Source: Candidatus Nanohaloarchaea archaeon
GTDB lineage: Archaea > Nanohalarchaeota > Nanosalinia > Nanosalinales > Nanosalinaceae
Length of the DNA: 64,000 nucleotides
Reading direction: 5' to 3'
NCBI GenBank assembly: GCA_014297435.1
Contig: JACOQA010000002.1
Span: 32,001-96,000 of the forward strand
In this document: piece by piece, positions 46,809 through 55,674 of the stretch
Layout: each line of letters opens with the position of its first letter
How positions within the stretch are numbered: position 1 is the first letter of the stretch
Translations under genes and position numbers: made by a program
The notes under the pieces: model-generated
The model's database searches: none
Seen by the model: only the letters and a program-made list of their open reading frames with translations
Told to the model about the DNA's origin: nothing

Positions 46809-48857
46809 ATGGAAACAACGGTCATGGTCGGGGAGAAGCCCAAAGTCGCCTCCCGGATCGCCAACGCCCTCGGAAACTACGACACCAAGACCAACCGAGG
46901 GGTCAAGAACTACGTAATCAAGACAGATGAGAGAAAGATAATCATAGCACCTGCCGTAGGCCACATATTCAACCTCGACCAGATCGCCGACAACTGGGAC
47001 TACCCTGTATTCGACGTAGAATGGAAGCCAACATTCGAAACTTCCGACTCGGCCGACTACATGAAGAAATACTACAACAACCTGAAAGACCAGCTGGAAA
47101 AGGCTGACACCTACATCAACGCGTGCGACTTCGACCTTGAAGGCTCTGTTATCGGATACAACGTTATCAAACACTTGACTGGTGCCGATGAAGAAAGAAT
47201 CGAACGCATGAAGTTCTCGACACTGACTCCTTCCGACCTACAGGAAGCATTTGATAACCTGGAGGATTTTGACGCCGGAATGACAGAAGCCGGAATAACA
47301 AGACACATTCTCGACTACTACTACGGTATCAACGTTTCCCGTGCACTGATGAAAGCGGTTAGAGATAACGACCGTTACAAGACTCTTTCTACAGGACGTG
47401 TGCAGGGTCCGACACTTAAGATCTTGGCGGACAGAGAAAAAGAAATACAGGAGTTTGAACCGGATCCTTACTGGGAGCTTTACCTAAAACATGCGGAGTT
47501 TGACGCTCAGTGGGAGGAAGACGAGGACAGGATCTGGGACCAAGAAACAGCGAACGACAAGTTCAACAAGGTATACGGAGAAACCGAAGCAGAAGTCACA
47601 AACGTGAAGGTAAACAACTATACGCACAAGCCACCGATACCTTTCAACCTGACAGGACTACAGAGCGAGGCCTCATCACAGTTCCGTATAAGCCCAAAGA
47701 AGACGCAGTCGATCGCGCAAACACTTTACGAAAACGGGCTTATCTCTTATCCTAGAACCGAGTCACAGAAACTGCCGCCGAAGATCGGATACAAGAACAT
47801 ACTGAACAAGCTGAAGGGTCAGGAAAGCTACGATAATCTGGCGAAAAAAGTACTGAAAAAAGATAAAAACGACAACCTTTACACGACGCAGGGAAGTAAA
47901 GAAGACGACGCACACCCTGCAATCTATCCAACAGGAGAAAGCCCGGGCGGAAAACTGTCAAAACAGGAGAAAAAAGTCTATGATTTAATTGTAAAACGTT
48001 TCTTCGCCGTATTCGGCAAACCAGCCAAACGTCAATCCCTTACCTTCACTCTCGACGTTAAGGAAGAAGAGTTCAAGGCCAAGTCAAAGGTTACAAAGAA
48101 GAGGAACTGGTACGAGCTCTACGATCCATACGTTAAAGTGGATTCGGCCGATCTCCCGGACATGGAGGAAGGCCAGACACTCCAGGTAGAAGACTTCGAA
48201 CTTGTTGACAAAGAAACGCAGCCACCTAACCGTTACAGCCAGTCAAAGATTGTCAACGAGCTTGAGAAACGAGAACTAGGTACAAAAGCGACACGTGCCG
48301 ACACCGTAGACCGCCTTTACGACAGGAACTACATCGAAGAGGAGCCTATCGAAGTAACGGACCTGGGACTTGCGATCGTAAACACTCTAGAGGACTACTG
48401 TGGCAACATCGTCTCCGAAGAGCTTACACGCGAATTCGAGGAAAAGATGCAGGAAATAAGAGAGCAGAAAAACACGAAAGAAGAAGTTCTGGAAGAGGCA
48501 AGAAACGAGTTAGGAGATATACTCGAAAAGTTCAAGGAGAAACAGAAACAGATTGGTTCAGAGCTTGTCGACACAATCGACTCCGAAAGAGAACGCAGAA
48601 GAAGACTAGGTCCATGCGATATCGAGGATTGTGACGGCACCCTAAAAATAATCAAGGCAAACGGCTCAAAATTCGTAGGATGCTCAAACTACCCTGACTG
48701 CGAAAACACATACCCATTACCGAACAACGGAGATATAAAGTCGACAAACGAGGTCTGCGAGGAATGCGGAACACCTAAGATCTTCGTAAGCAGGAAGAAA
48801 GGAAAAGACTACACGATGTGCCTATTTCCGGATTGTCCTACAAAAGATTCTTGGTAG
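46809..48857 (+). CDS. topA: DNA topoisomerase I (type IA)
   Basis: EKP, ACDFDLEG (TOPRIM), STGRVQGPTL, ISYPRT, AHPAIYPT, C-terminal Zn ribbons. Confidence 0.97.
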   Translation: METTVMVGEKPKVASRIANALGNYDTKTNRGVKNYVIKTDERKIIIAPAVGHIFNLDQIADNWDYPVFDVEWKPTFETSDSADYMKKYYNNLKDQLEKADTYINACDFDLEGSVIGYNVIKHLTGADEERIERMKFSTLTPSDLQEAFDNLEDFDAGMTEAGITRHILDYYYGINVSRALMKAVRDNDRYKTLSTGRVQGPTLKILADREKEIQEFEPDPYWELYLKHAEFDAQWEEDEDRIWDQETANDKFNKVYGETEAEVTNVKVNNYTHKPPIPFNLTGLQSEASSQFRISPKKTQSIAQTLYENGLISYPRTESQKLPPKIGYKNILNKLKGQESYDNLAKKVLKKDKNDNLYTTQGSKEDDAHPAIYPTGESPGGKLSKQEKKVYDLIVKRFFAVFGKPAKRQSLTFTLDVKEEEFKAKSKVTKKRNWYELYDPYVKVDSADLPDMEEGQTLQVEDFELVDKETQPPNRYSQSKIVNELEKRELGTKATRADTVDRLYDRNYIEEEPIEVTDLGLAIVNTLEDYCGNIVSEELTREFEEKMQEIREQKNTKEEVLEEARNELGDILEKFKEKQKQIGSELVDTIDSERERRRRLGPCDIEDCDGTLKIIKANGSKFVGCSNYPDCENTYPLPNNGDIKSTNEVCEECGTPKIFVSRKKGKDYTMCLFPDCPTKDSW

Positions 48858-48861
48858 CGGC

Positions 48862-50347
48862 TTAAATAATCTTGTAACGCTCCTCTAGATTCCTAATCTC
48901 CTCTTTGCTATGCTTGGAAAACTTTGGTTCGTATCTGTAGAAAGTTGAGAAAAAACGGACTAAGGTCCAGTTCTTGGAGCAATATCTGTCTTCATTCCGC
49001 CCGATTTCGGTTTTAAAAACATTTTCAATCTCTGAGGCTACGCTCTCATTCTTCTTTCTTATTCTAAGTTCGTTTCCTGTACACAGTATATTTGAGGCGA
49101 TACCATCTAATCTTGAGTTAGGTTTTAATGGCAATCTAATTTCAGAATTTTCGTTACCTCTAACCCCTACTTTGTATCTGAGTTGGTTTTCTCCCATTAG
49201 CCGATGTGTTTCCGCCTTTCCGAAAAGTTCAACAATTTTCGAAACCGGTGCTGCATACTTATCTTCCTCCCAAGTGTAGACCTGATGTCTGGATATCTCT
49301 AAGTTTGAGGCTATCTGACGCTGATAAAGCCCTCTTTCTTCTCTCAAGCCCTGATATTATCGCCTAAACCTTCACCCTAAGATCCTCTACCTGATGAGGT
49401 CAAAGAAGTCTTTGAAGAAGTTTGACTTCTTTCTACCTCGATAAACGTAAGTTCGGGAACCTTTTTCCAGCTTCCTTATCATTTCTTTTTTCTTACGCGG
49501 ATGAGAGAACCCCCACATTATTACAGAAATTTCCGAAGTCCCTAGGACTGAACCTCAGAAGATAGGACCCAGGTTTCCGGATCTCACCTTCGATATTGAT
49601 TCCTTGCATATCGTTCTGACATGTTTCAAGAAAAGACCTAGTAGCTGAAGAGAGCGAAACTCTATAACTCTCCTGAGGCATACACCCATCCGTGTCAAAT
49701 ACTCCTCTCCAGTAGGCGTTAGATAGGTCTCCAGAGTCAAAAATTTCTGGGCGAGATAGTTCTCCTTTCTTGTAGGATTTAGGTAGGTTGAAACAGTGTC
49801 GGATGTATCGGCAGAACCATTTGTTAGCTATTTTAAGTTCGATTTTATTGCCTCTCTCGAGTATGCAGCATGTGCTTTCTGGTAAACCGAAGAGTTTCTG
49901 AACTAGTTCCTAGAGTTTCTCGATAAATTTTCTTGAGTCTTCGAGTTCTTCCGGCTTTCCTCCATCTACTACGCTCCATATGTTAGGTCCGTTGAATCCG
50001 CCATCTCCTGCTGCTACGCCTGCAAAGTATGCAAATTTCTCGGTTTTGAGATCCGAGTTTTTTCTTGGCGGATCGAGTTTTGAGGAGTTTCGTGAGCTGG
50101 TTATGTATTCTATTTCTTGGGACATCGTTTTTTCGTTGATGAGTTCTGAGAGGATGTCCATAGACCATGTCTGTTTTTCTTTACATCTTTGCATGGTCTG
50201 AGAAGTAATATTATGTTCTTCTGGATCTAAAATGTTGTATATTTCCTTGTTTCTTTCTTTGCCTATCTTAGCGTAGGGTATAGACTTTCGGCTTTCTTCT
50301 TTGCCGTTAATAAGGGCTTTAGACAAGTTGATGATTTCCTCTGGCAT
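48862..50347 (-). pseudogene. Disrupted double-motif LAGLIDADG endonuclease with C-terminal XRE-type HTH
   Basis: FAYFAGVAAGDGG; in-frame TAG at 49912-49910, reading through to YWRGVFDTDG; extra G in the G5 run near 49512 restores VGFSHPRKKK; more lesions at 49400-49350; HTH LREERGLYQRQIASNLEISRHQVYTWE. Confidence 0.8.
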
Positions 50348-50434
50348 GTAGATTTATTACTGGGCTTCTTTTGAAAAGTGGAGCGGACGGAGTTCCGTTA
50401 GTTCCGGTAGAAAAAGAACAAAAACAGTTATTTA

Positions 50435-50731
50435 TCATTTAGATGACTGTTCGCCATCGTGAAGTTTTTCTCTTTCTAGGTCGATTGCGGTATCGATCAA
50501 GAGACGTCCTAGCTGCCTTCCTCTTTCCCGGGACATGCCTTTTTCTTCGAACCTGTCCGCGAACTGCTCCATGACCTGTTCCTCCCGATTCTCATCCTTT
50601 ATCTCTATATCGTTTTTCTCTTTATACTCGATGACTTTGAGGACTTCTTCCATCCTGTCATCAATTTTCTCAACTATCTCATCGTTTATACTGTCGATGT
50701 TGCCGCGGGCATCTTCCAGAGGATTCGCCAT
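50435..50731 (-). CDS. aroQ: Chorismate mutase (AroQ type), copy 2
   Basis: LEDARGNIDSINDEIV...R...YK...IKDENRE. Confidence 0.85.
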   Translation of the reverse strand: MANPLEDARGNIDSINDEIVEKIDDRMEEVLKVIEYKEKNDIEIKDENREEQVMEQFADRFEEKGMSRERGRQLGRLLIDTAIDLEREKLHDGEQSSK

Positions 50732-50757
50732 AATAGGTTATGATTGAACGGTCTTTT

Positions 50758-51615
50758 TTACTTACGGACTTCATCGCTCAAATGCTCTATTACCAGATCT
50801 GTTCTTTCCTGCGCATCTTCAAGATCGAACTCTTCGCCCAACTCCTCAAACTTTTCTGCGAAAGCCTCTTCATCCCCTATTATTTCCTGTATCTCCTCAG
50901 CGGACTCCTTGAATCGTTCACGTACTTTTTCGTTCTCAGGGTTTTCGGCCTGTATAGAGCCGTAAAGTCCGGACTTCTGATTCAGCATTCTTGCTGTAAG
51001 ATCGGTAATTAACTGGTAGACCGGAGAAGAATATTCTGACATCTCCGAACCCGACATATCTGACTTCCTGATGGTTTCGGAAACCACGAGCTCTGAGAAA
51101 TGCATCAATCCCTGTACAAGACTCATCGCCTTATCATGCGACTCAGCATCTGTGACATGTATATGTGCGTCTTTCCGGTTCCAGAACTCTTCCATAGCCG
51201 TCCATTTCTTCCCTTCAATCGGAGTTAAGACAATTTTCTGACCTTCAACCGAGTTCGAAGGGGCATACATCGGATGCATCCCCAGAACTTCATCAGAATA
51301 CTGTTTCATAGCCTCTGTCGGCTTCTTCTTAACGCTTGTAATATCGCAGAACAAGGTATCGTCCGAAATATGTGAACCGATCTCTTCAATAACATCAACA
51401 GTTACAGCGATAGGAACTGCCACGATTACGACATCCGCATCTTTTACTATCTCGGTGTTTTCTCCAAAATCCCATCCATGTTTATTTGCCACTTCTTCGG
51501 CCTCTTCAAGACTTTCACCGGAGATAGTTATCTCGTTGTGTTCTTCGAGAAGTTTTCCTAGGTGTTGGCCGAACTGACCGGTTCCGCCGACAATAACGAT
51601 TTTTTCGTCTATCAT
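50758..51615 (-). CDS. tyrA: Prephenate dehydrogenase
   Basis: IVGGTGQFG, DITSVK, GMHPMYAP, HDKAMSLVQGLMH. Confidence 0.93.
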   Translation of the reverse strand: MIDEKIVIVGGTGQFGQHLGKLLEEHNEITISGESLEEAEEVANKHGWDFGENTEIVKDADVVIVAVPIAVTVDVIEEIGSHISDDTLFCDITSVKKKPTEAMKQYSDEVLGMHPMYAPSNSVEGQKIVLTPIEGKKWTAMEEFWNRKDAHIHVTDAESHDKAMSLVQGLMHFSELVVSETIRKSDMSGSEMSEYSSPVYQLITDLTARMLNQKSGLYGSIQAENPENEKVRERFKESAEEIQEIIGDEEAFAEKFEELGEEFDLEDAQERTDLVIEHLSDEVRK

Positions 51616-52745
51616 AGTTCCTCCTCCAGGATGTCGAACGCTTTGTTGATTTCTTCTTTAGTTGTTGAGCCGAAACATATTCTGACATTTTGATCGCTTT
51701 CCGGACCCATAGGTTCGCCAGGAACCATCGCAACACCTTCCTCGATCATATCAAGACAGAAATCCCAGGAATCCTCTTTAACCTCGGGAAATGCATAGAT
51801 CGCTCCTTCAGGCATCTGAAAATCCCATCCTAGCTCGTTCATTCTTTCGACAAGCAGGTCTCTTCTTTCCTCGTAAACCTGCCTCATCTCTTCAACGTGT
51901 GAATCATTTTCCAGTGCTTCAAGCGCTGCAATCTGCGAGGGTTTTGGCGGACAGGCAGTTGCTCCTCTCGCGACTTTCGCAAAGTTCTCTATATCATCTT
52001 CTCTTCCTACCACCCAGCCTATTCTCCAGCCAGTCATCGCATGATTCTTCGAAACTGAACCGATCACTACAGAGTTTTCACAGTATGCTGCAGGCGAATA
52101 ATGAGTCTTTCCATAATTCAGGCGATGGTATACCTCATCGGAAAGAAGCATGACGTCATTTTCTTCACAGAACTTTCCGATGTTCTTCGCTTGTTTTTCT
52201 GTTAGCATTCTTCCTGTCGGGTTTGAAGGCGTGTTAACCACGACAAGCTCTGCATCTTTCATTTCCTGCTTTGCTTCGTCTCTAAGTTCTTCGCCATCAA
52301 AGTACTCTACTTGTGTCCACTGATTGCCGTTAACCTCACTCATCAATTTGTACGGACCCCAGCAAGGATCGTTAAATACAGCTTCTTTGTTCGAGTCAAG
52401 CATTGCCGCAAAAACAGAGTAAATCGCTCCCATTCCGCCTGTAGCAACCATAACGTTTTCTTTAGAAAGCTCGGCGTTTTTCGGACCAGTTTTTTGCTTT
52501 AATCCTTCTTCCTCAACAATGGCTTTTCTCAATTTTTCAATACCTGTTACTGATGTATATCCCTGTTTCTGTTCGACTATTCCGTCTGCTGCAGCCTTTT
52601 TAACATGTTCAGGCGTGTCAAAGCTTGGCTGACCGATATCAAATCGGACACATTTATCTTGTTCTCTTGCTTTTTCCGAAATCTTTCTGATCGAAAGCTC
52701 TATGTTTTCAATTCTTTCACGCATCTTTACCACCGAATGATCCAA
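51612..52745 (-). CDS. Class I/II PLP aminotransferase (aspartate/aromatic)
   Basis: IGQPSFDTP, NTPSNPTG, SDEVY, SVSKNHAMTGWRIG, GAIY. Confidence 0.93.
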   Translation of the reverse strand: MDHSVVKMRERIENIELSIRKISEKAREQDKCVRFDIGQPSFDTPEHVKKAAADGIVEQKQGYTSVTGIEKLRKAIVEEEGLKQKTGPKNAELSKENVMVATGGMGAIYSVFAAMLDSNKEAVFNDPCWGPYKLMSEVNGNQWTQVEYFDGEELRDEAKQEMKDAELVVVNTPSNPTGRMLTEKQAKNIGKFCEENDVMLLSDEVYHRLNYGKTHYSPAAYCENSVVIGSVSKNHAMTGWRIGWVVGREDDIENFAKVARGATACPPKPSQIAALEALENDSHVEEMRQVYEERRDLLVERMNELGWDFQMPEGAIYAFPEVKEDSWDFCLDMIEEGVAMVPGEPMGPESDQNVRICFGSTTKEEINKAFDILEEEL

Positions 52746-53493
52746 GGACTTTAACCTCGGCGTAAGTTTCCAGACATTTTTTCGTGTTCTCGAATTTCTC
52801 AGAGTTCTGGTCGGCCTCCGCCTCTATGTAGAAAAAGTAGTTTCCAAGACCATCTTTAGTCGGCCGAGACTGGATGTACGCCAAGTTAATTCCGTGTCCA
52901 GAAAAACATGAAAGCATCGACCCTAGAAGACCCGGACGATCCTCACCCGGCTCCACTATCATCGATGTCTTACTGCCTTCACTTTGTTTACCGTTTAAGA
53001 TGAAGAACCTGGTAGTGTTTGACTCACGATCCTGTACGCTTTCCTCCAGAATGTTTAGATCGTTTAGTTGTGCTGCAAGCTTGGAGCAGATCGCGGCTTC
53101 ACCTTCTTCTATTTCCTCAGCGGCTTTGGCAGTGCTTGAAGACTCTTTTTTCTCCCAGCCATTTTCTCCAATTATCTTTTTTGACTGTGTCAGTGCTTGT
53201 GGATGAGACCGAACTTTCTCGACATCGTTAATGTTTCCTTCTTTTGAGGCTAGTACGTGATCGATCTCGACCTTTACCTGTCCTGTAACCTCAACATCTC
53301 TTTCTCTCAACAAGTCGATCGATTCTGTTACTCCACCTCCAAGAGAGTTTTCGAACGGTATTACTGCTGCCTTGGCATCTGATTCAACCGCCTCTGTTAT
53401 AGTGGAGACCGGAACCGGTTCATAGTTGGAGAAGTATTTTTCTGCAGCTTGATGGGTGTATGTGCCTTCAGGTCCTAGGAACGCTACTTTCAT
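52717..53493 (-). CDS. pheA: Prephenate dehydratase with ACT domain
   Basis: AFLGPEGTYT, PFENS, SHPQALTQ, NTTRF, DRPGLL, INLAYIQSRP. Confidence 0.95.
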   Translation of the reverse strand: MKVAFLGPEGTYTHQAAEKYFSNYEPVPVSTITEAVESDAKAAVIPFENSLGGGVTESIDLLRERDVEVTGQVKVEIDHVLASKEGNINDVEKVRSHPQALTQSKKIIGENGWEKKESSSTAKAAEEIEEGEAAICSKLAAQLNDLNILEESVQDRESNTTRFFILNGKQSEGSKTSMIVEPGEDRPGLLGSMLSCFSGHGINLAYIQSRPTKDGLGNYFFYIEAEADQNSEKFENTKKCLETYAEVKVLGSFGGKDA

Positions 53494-53759
53494 TACATAT
53501 CCTCTTCCTGTAAATCAACAGCAGTATCTATCAGTAGTTCAGCGAGTTCCCGACCTTTTTCTCGAGGTAGGTCTTCTTTTTCGAAAAGCTTCTCGAACTG
53601 ATCCTTAACAACTTCCTCTCTGCCTTCATCCTTGATTTCCATGCCGTTCTGTTTCTTGTATTCGCCGATCTCCTCGACAACGTTCATCCTGCGGGAAACT
53701 GCGTCAACGATCTCGGTATTAACCCTGTCAATCTCCTTCCGGTAATCCTCAAGATCCAT
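53493..53759 (-). CDS. aroQ: Chorismate mutase (AroQ type), copy 1
   Basis: LEDYRKEIDRVN...RR...YK...IKDEGRE...LQ; promoter TTTATAAAA and SD AGGTGA upstream. Confidence 0.9.
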   Translation of the reverse strand: MDLEDYRKEIDRVNTEIVDAVSRRMNVVEEIGEYKKQNGMEIKDEGREEVVKDQFEKLFEKEDLPREKGRELAELLIDTAVDLQEEDM

Positions 53760-53800
53760 GTCTTTGATTCACCTTCGAAGCGTTTTATAAATGGCGGAGG

Positions 53801-54382
53801 TTATGGGGTGTTGAAATGCCCCATGTAGGGAGTATCCTCCGTATCAACATCTTCCATCTCTCTGTGACGAGTTCCATCATAAGTCGGAAAACCGCCATCA
53901 GTAACGACTGCTTTCTCCGATTCTTCAGTAACTTGGATCTCCCACGACGATTTCTCGCCATATTCTTTCCCCAGTTCCTGTCGGGTTTCGAACACCGTGT
54001 CTCGAACCTCAGAACGTTCACCGGCAATAACTACCTCATCGTCGAACTCGAAAACTTCAACATTCTCAGGTGCAGCTTTTTCGGCTTCATCCTTGCCGCT
54101 TTCAAATGTTCGTTGATACTCGAAACCGTTCTGGAAAACTTTTGGAAATGCTTCACGGAAACCTTCGATTCCTGCACCCTGGTCATAAACTTCTATGGAG
54201 TCGTCATAGTCGACTACTTTTATCCTGCCGTGATCGCTGTTGACATGTATATCTCTTCCGTTGGCGTCCCCTGGATAGTTCCAGGACCGGGCGGTTTCTA
54301 CAATCTCTTCCTCGTAACTTTCAGGCACCTCAACTTCTGTCCCGACATGGGTTGGCGAAAAGTCGAATCTTTTTGCAGCCAT
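53801..54382 (-). CDS. Hypothetical acidic protein with VVTDGG motif
   Basis: 193 aa; TAATG coupling to the upstream gene. Confidence 0.7.
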   Translation of the reverse strand: MAAKRFDFSPTHVGTEVEVPESYEEEIVETARSWNYPGDANGRDIHVNSDHGRIKVVDYDDSIEVYDQGAGIEGFREAFPKVFQNGFEYQRTFESGKDEAEKAAPENVEVFEFDDEVVIAGERSEVRDTVFETRQELGKEYGEKSSWEIQVTEESEKAVVTDGGFPTYDGTRHREMEDVDTEDTPYMGHFNTP

Positions 54383-54879
54383 TATTCCATCACCGGGAAG
54401 CCGTCGTAGCTGTCAAAGGTGTTCGGTCTGTAGGTTTCTCCGTGGAACCAGCGTTCGATCTGTTTTGCCTGCTGAGGGTTCATATTACTGCCGATAACAT
54501 CATCAAGAAACTCATTTGTCTGATCGTAAACTTCATCAACAGCTGATTCGATCTCCATCATCTCATCCCTGTTAAAGGCGTACTCCTGAGAGATAGCCTC
54601 ACTACTTCCTTCAACGAATCTTTCTCCCGGGACTTCTAATGTGTCGAAGAACTCGCCATATTTTTGAGAGGGTTCTACATCTTCCTCCGGTTCGGCCAAT
54701 TTTTCCCACCAGATCTGACCTGAAGGATCTACATCATACACAGGATCTTCTCCTCCGTCCGTAACGGTTCTGTCGACTCTGCCGTTTACGGTTTCGAGCT
54801 CTCCTTCAGCTGTTTCCTTGAAGGTCATATGTGGAGCCTCTACTCTTTCCTTGATGCTGGAATCGCCTCCAGTATACAT
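54382..54879 (-). CDS. Hypothetical acidic protein with TVTDGG motif
   Basis: 165 aa; SD-like AGAGAGGT inside the leader peptide. Confidence 0.7.
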   Translation of the reverse strand: MYTGGDSSIKERVEAPHMTFKETAEGELETVNGRVDRTVTDGGEDPVYDVDPSGQIWWEKLAEPEEDVEPSQKYGEFFDTLEVPGERFVEGSSEAISQEYAFNRDEMMEIESAVDEVYDQTNEFLDDVIGSNMNPQQAKQIERWFHGETYRPNTFDSYDGFPVME

Positions 54880-54883
54880 GCTC

Positions 54884-54964
54884 TCAATACCTCTCTGGTT
54901 TTTCTGAATTAGTTTTGGGTTTTTCTCTCATGCCGTGTGTTGTGTGGTGTGTGTTGTGTGTCAT
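54884..54964 (-). other. Thr/His-rich leader peptide MTHNTHHTTHGMREKPKTNSEKPERY*
   Basis: Read by hand; stop 4 nt before ATG 54879; counterpart at 45112-45186. Confidence 0.55.
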
Positions 54965-55030
54965 GATTGTATCACGAATACGAAATGGCGTTTTCTACGG
55001 TTTTACCGTGAGAAAAGCCTTTTTTGGAAT

Positions 55031-55219
55031 TTACAGCAGAATCAGTAGCAGCAGAAGTAGCAGTAAAATTGAAGATAATACGAAGTCAGTAGAAACCGAA
55101 ATTTTAGTTGAGAAGATCCGTGAGAAAGCTGGGGCTCGACCCGTCTTAAAGTTGCAGAACCCGTCCACCCTGAGTTGCGGACATCATCGTAACTATGAAT
55201 AGACAACAGAATTTATAAA
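55031..55219 (-). other. Promoter plus micro-ORF cassette copy 2 (MMSATQGGRVLQL*, 55187-55146; +1 frame 55168-55031)
   Basis: TTTATAAA about 28 nt upstream of ATG 55187; CAG GGT GGA CGG GTT CTG C. Confidence 0.6.
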
Positions 55220-55281
55220 CAATTTGCCGCACACACCCAGGCTAAGCCAGCTATTTATTATTTGAACTGGACATACAGTTC

Positions 55282-55674
55282 ATGAAAGATTCAACCGGAT
55301 TTGACGACCATCTAGACGAAGTTGAAATTGATCCAGACCATTTCGAATATCTTGAAGGTCCAGATGTTGCAGAAGAAGGAGATTCATATGCGGTTAATAC
55401 ACCCCTCCATGCAATTTACGAATCAAAGAAGTCCCGAGTTTTCGCATCACTACTAAGCGAGTTAGACAACTCTGTTGGAGAAGAGGCTCTGGAAAGACTT
55501 TCAGGCGTCTCTGACCCATACAGCGTGGCCGAACAGCTTACAGAGGAGCCATCTGAAGAAAACAGCATAGTTGAGGAAACTGACGAAGGATACATAGCAA
55601 ACTTTGAACATCCTCACACTACCGGGCTTGCACTACTAGAGAGGGAGCTCGTGGAGGCATACCACTTAGAGTAA
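55282..55674 (+). CDS. Hypothetical protein, possible winged HTH
   Basis: SRVFASLL...EALERLSGV...IVEETDEGYIANFEHP. Confidence 0.6.
   Translation: MKDSTGFDDHLDEVEIDPDHFEYLEGPDVAEEGDSYAVNTPLHAIYESKKSRVFASLLSELDNSVGEEALERLSGVSDPYSVAEQLTEEPSEENSIVEETDEGYIANFEHPHTTGLALLERELVEAYHLE

Noticed and set aside
54935-54964. GT-rich tracts as simple microsatellites
   Set aside because: Imperfect, and both begin at an ATG in equivalent positions; treated as leader elements.
54915-55202. 95-aa plus-strand ORF (MGFSLMPCVVWCVLCV...)
   Set aside because: Antisense shadow of the minus-strand leader; atypical composition and TTG start.
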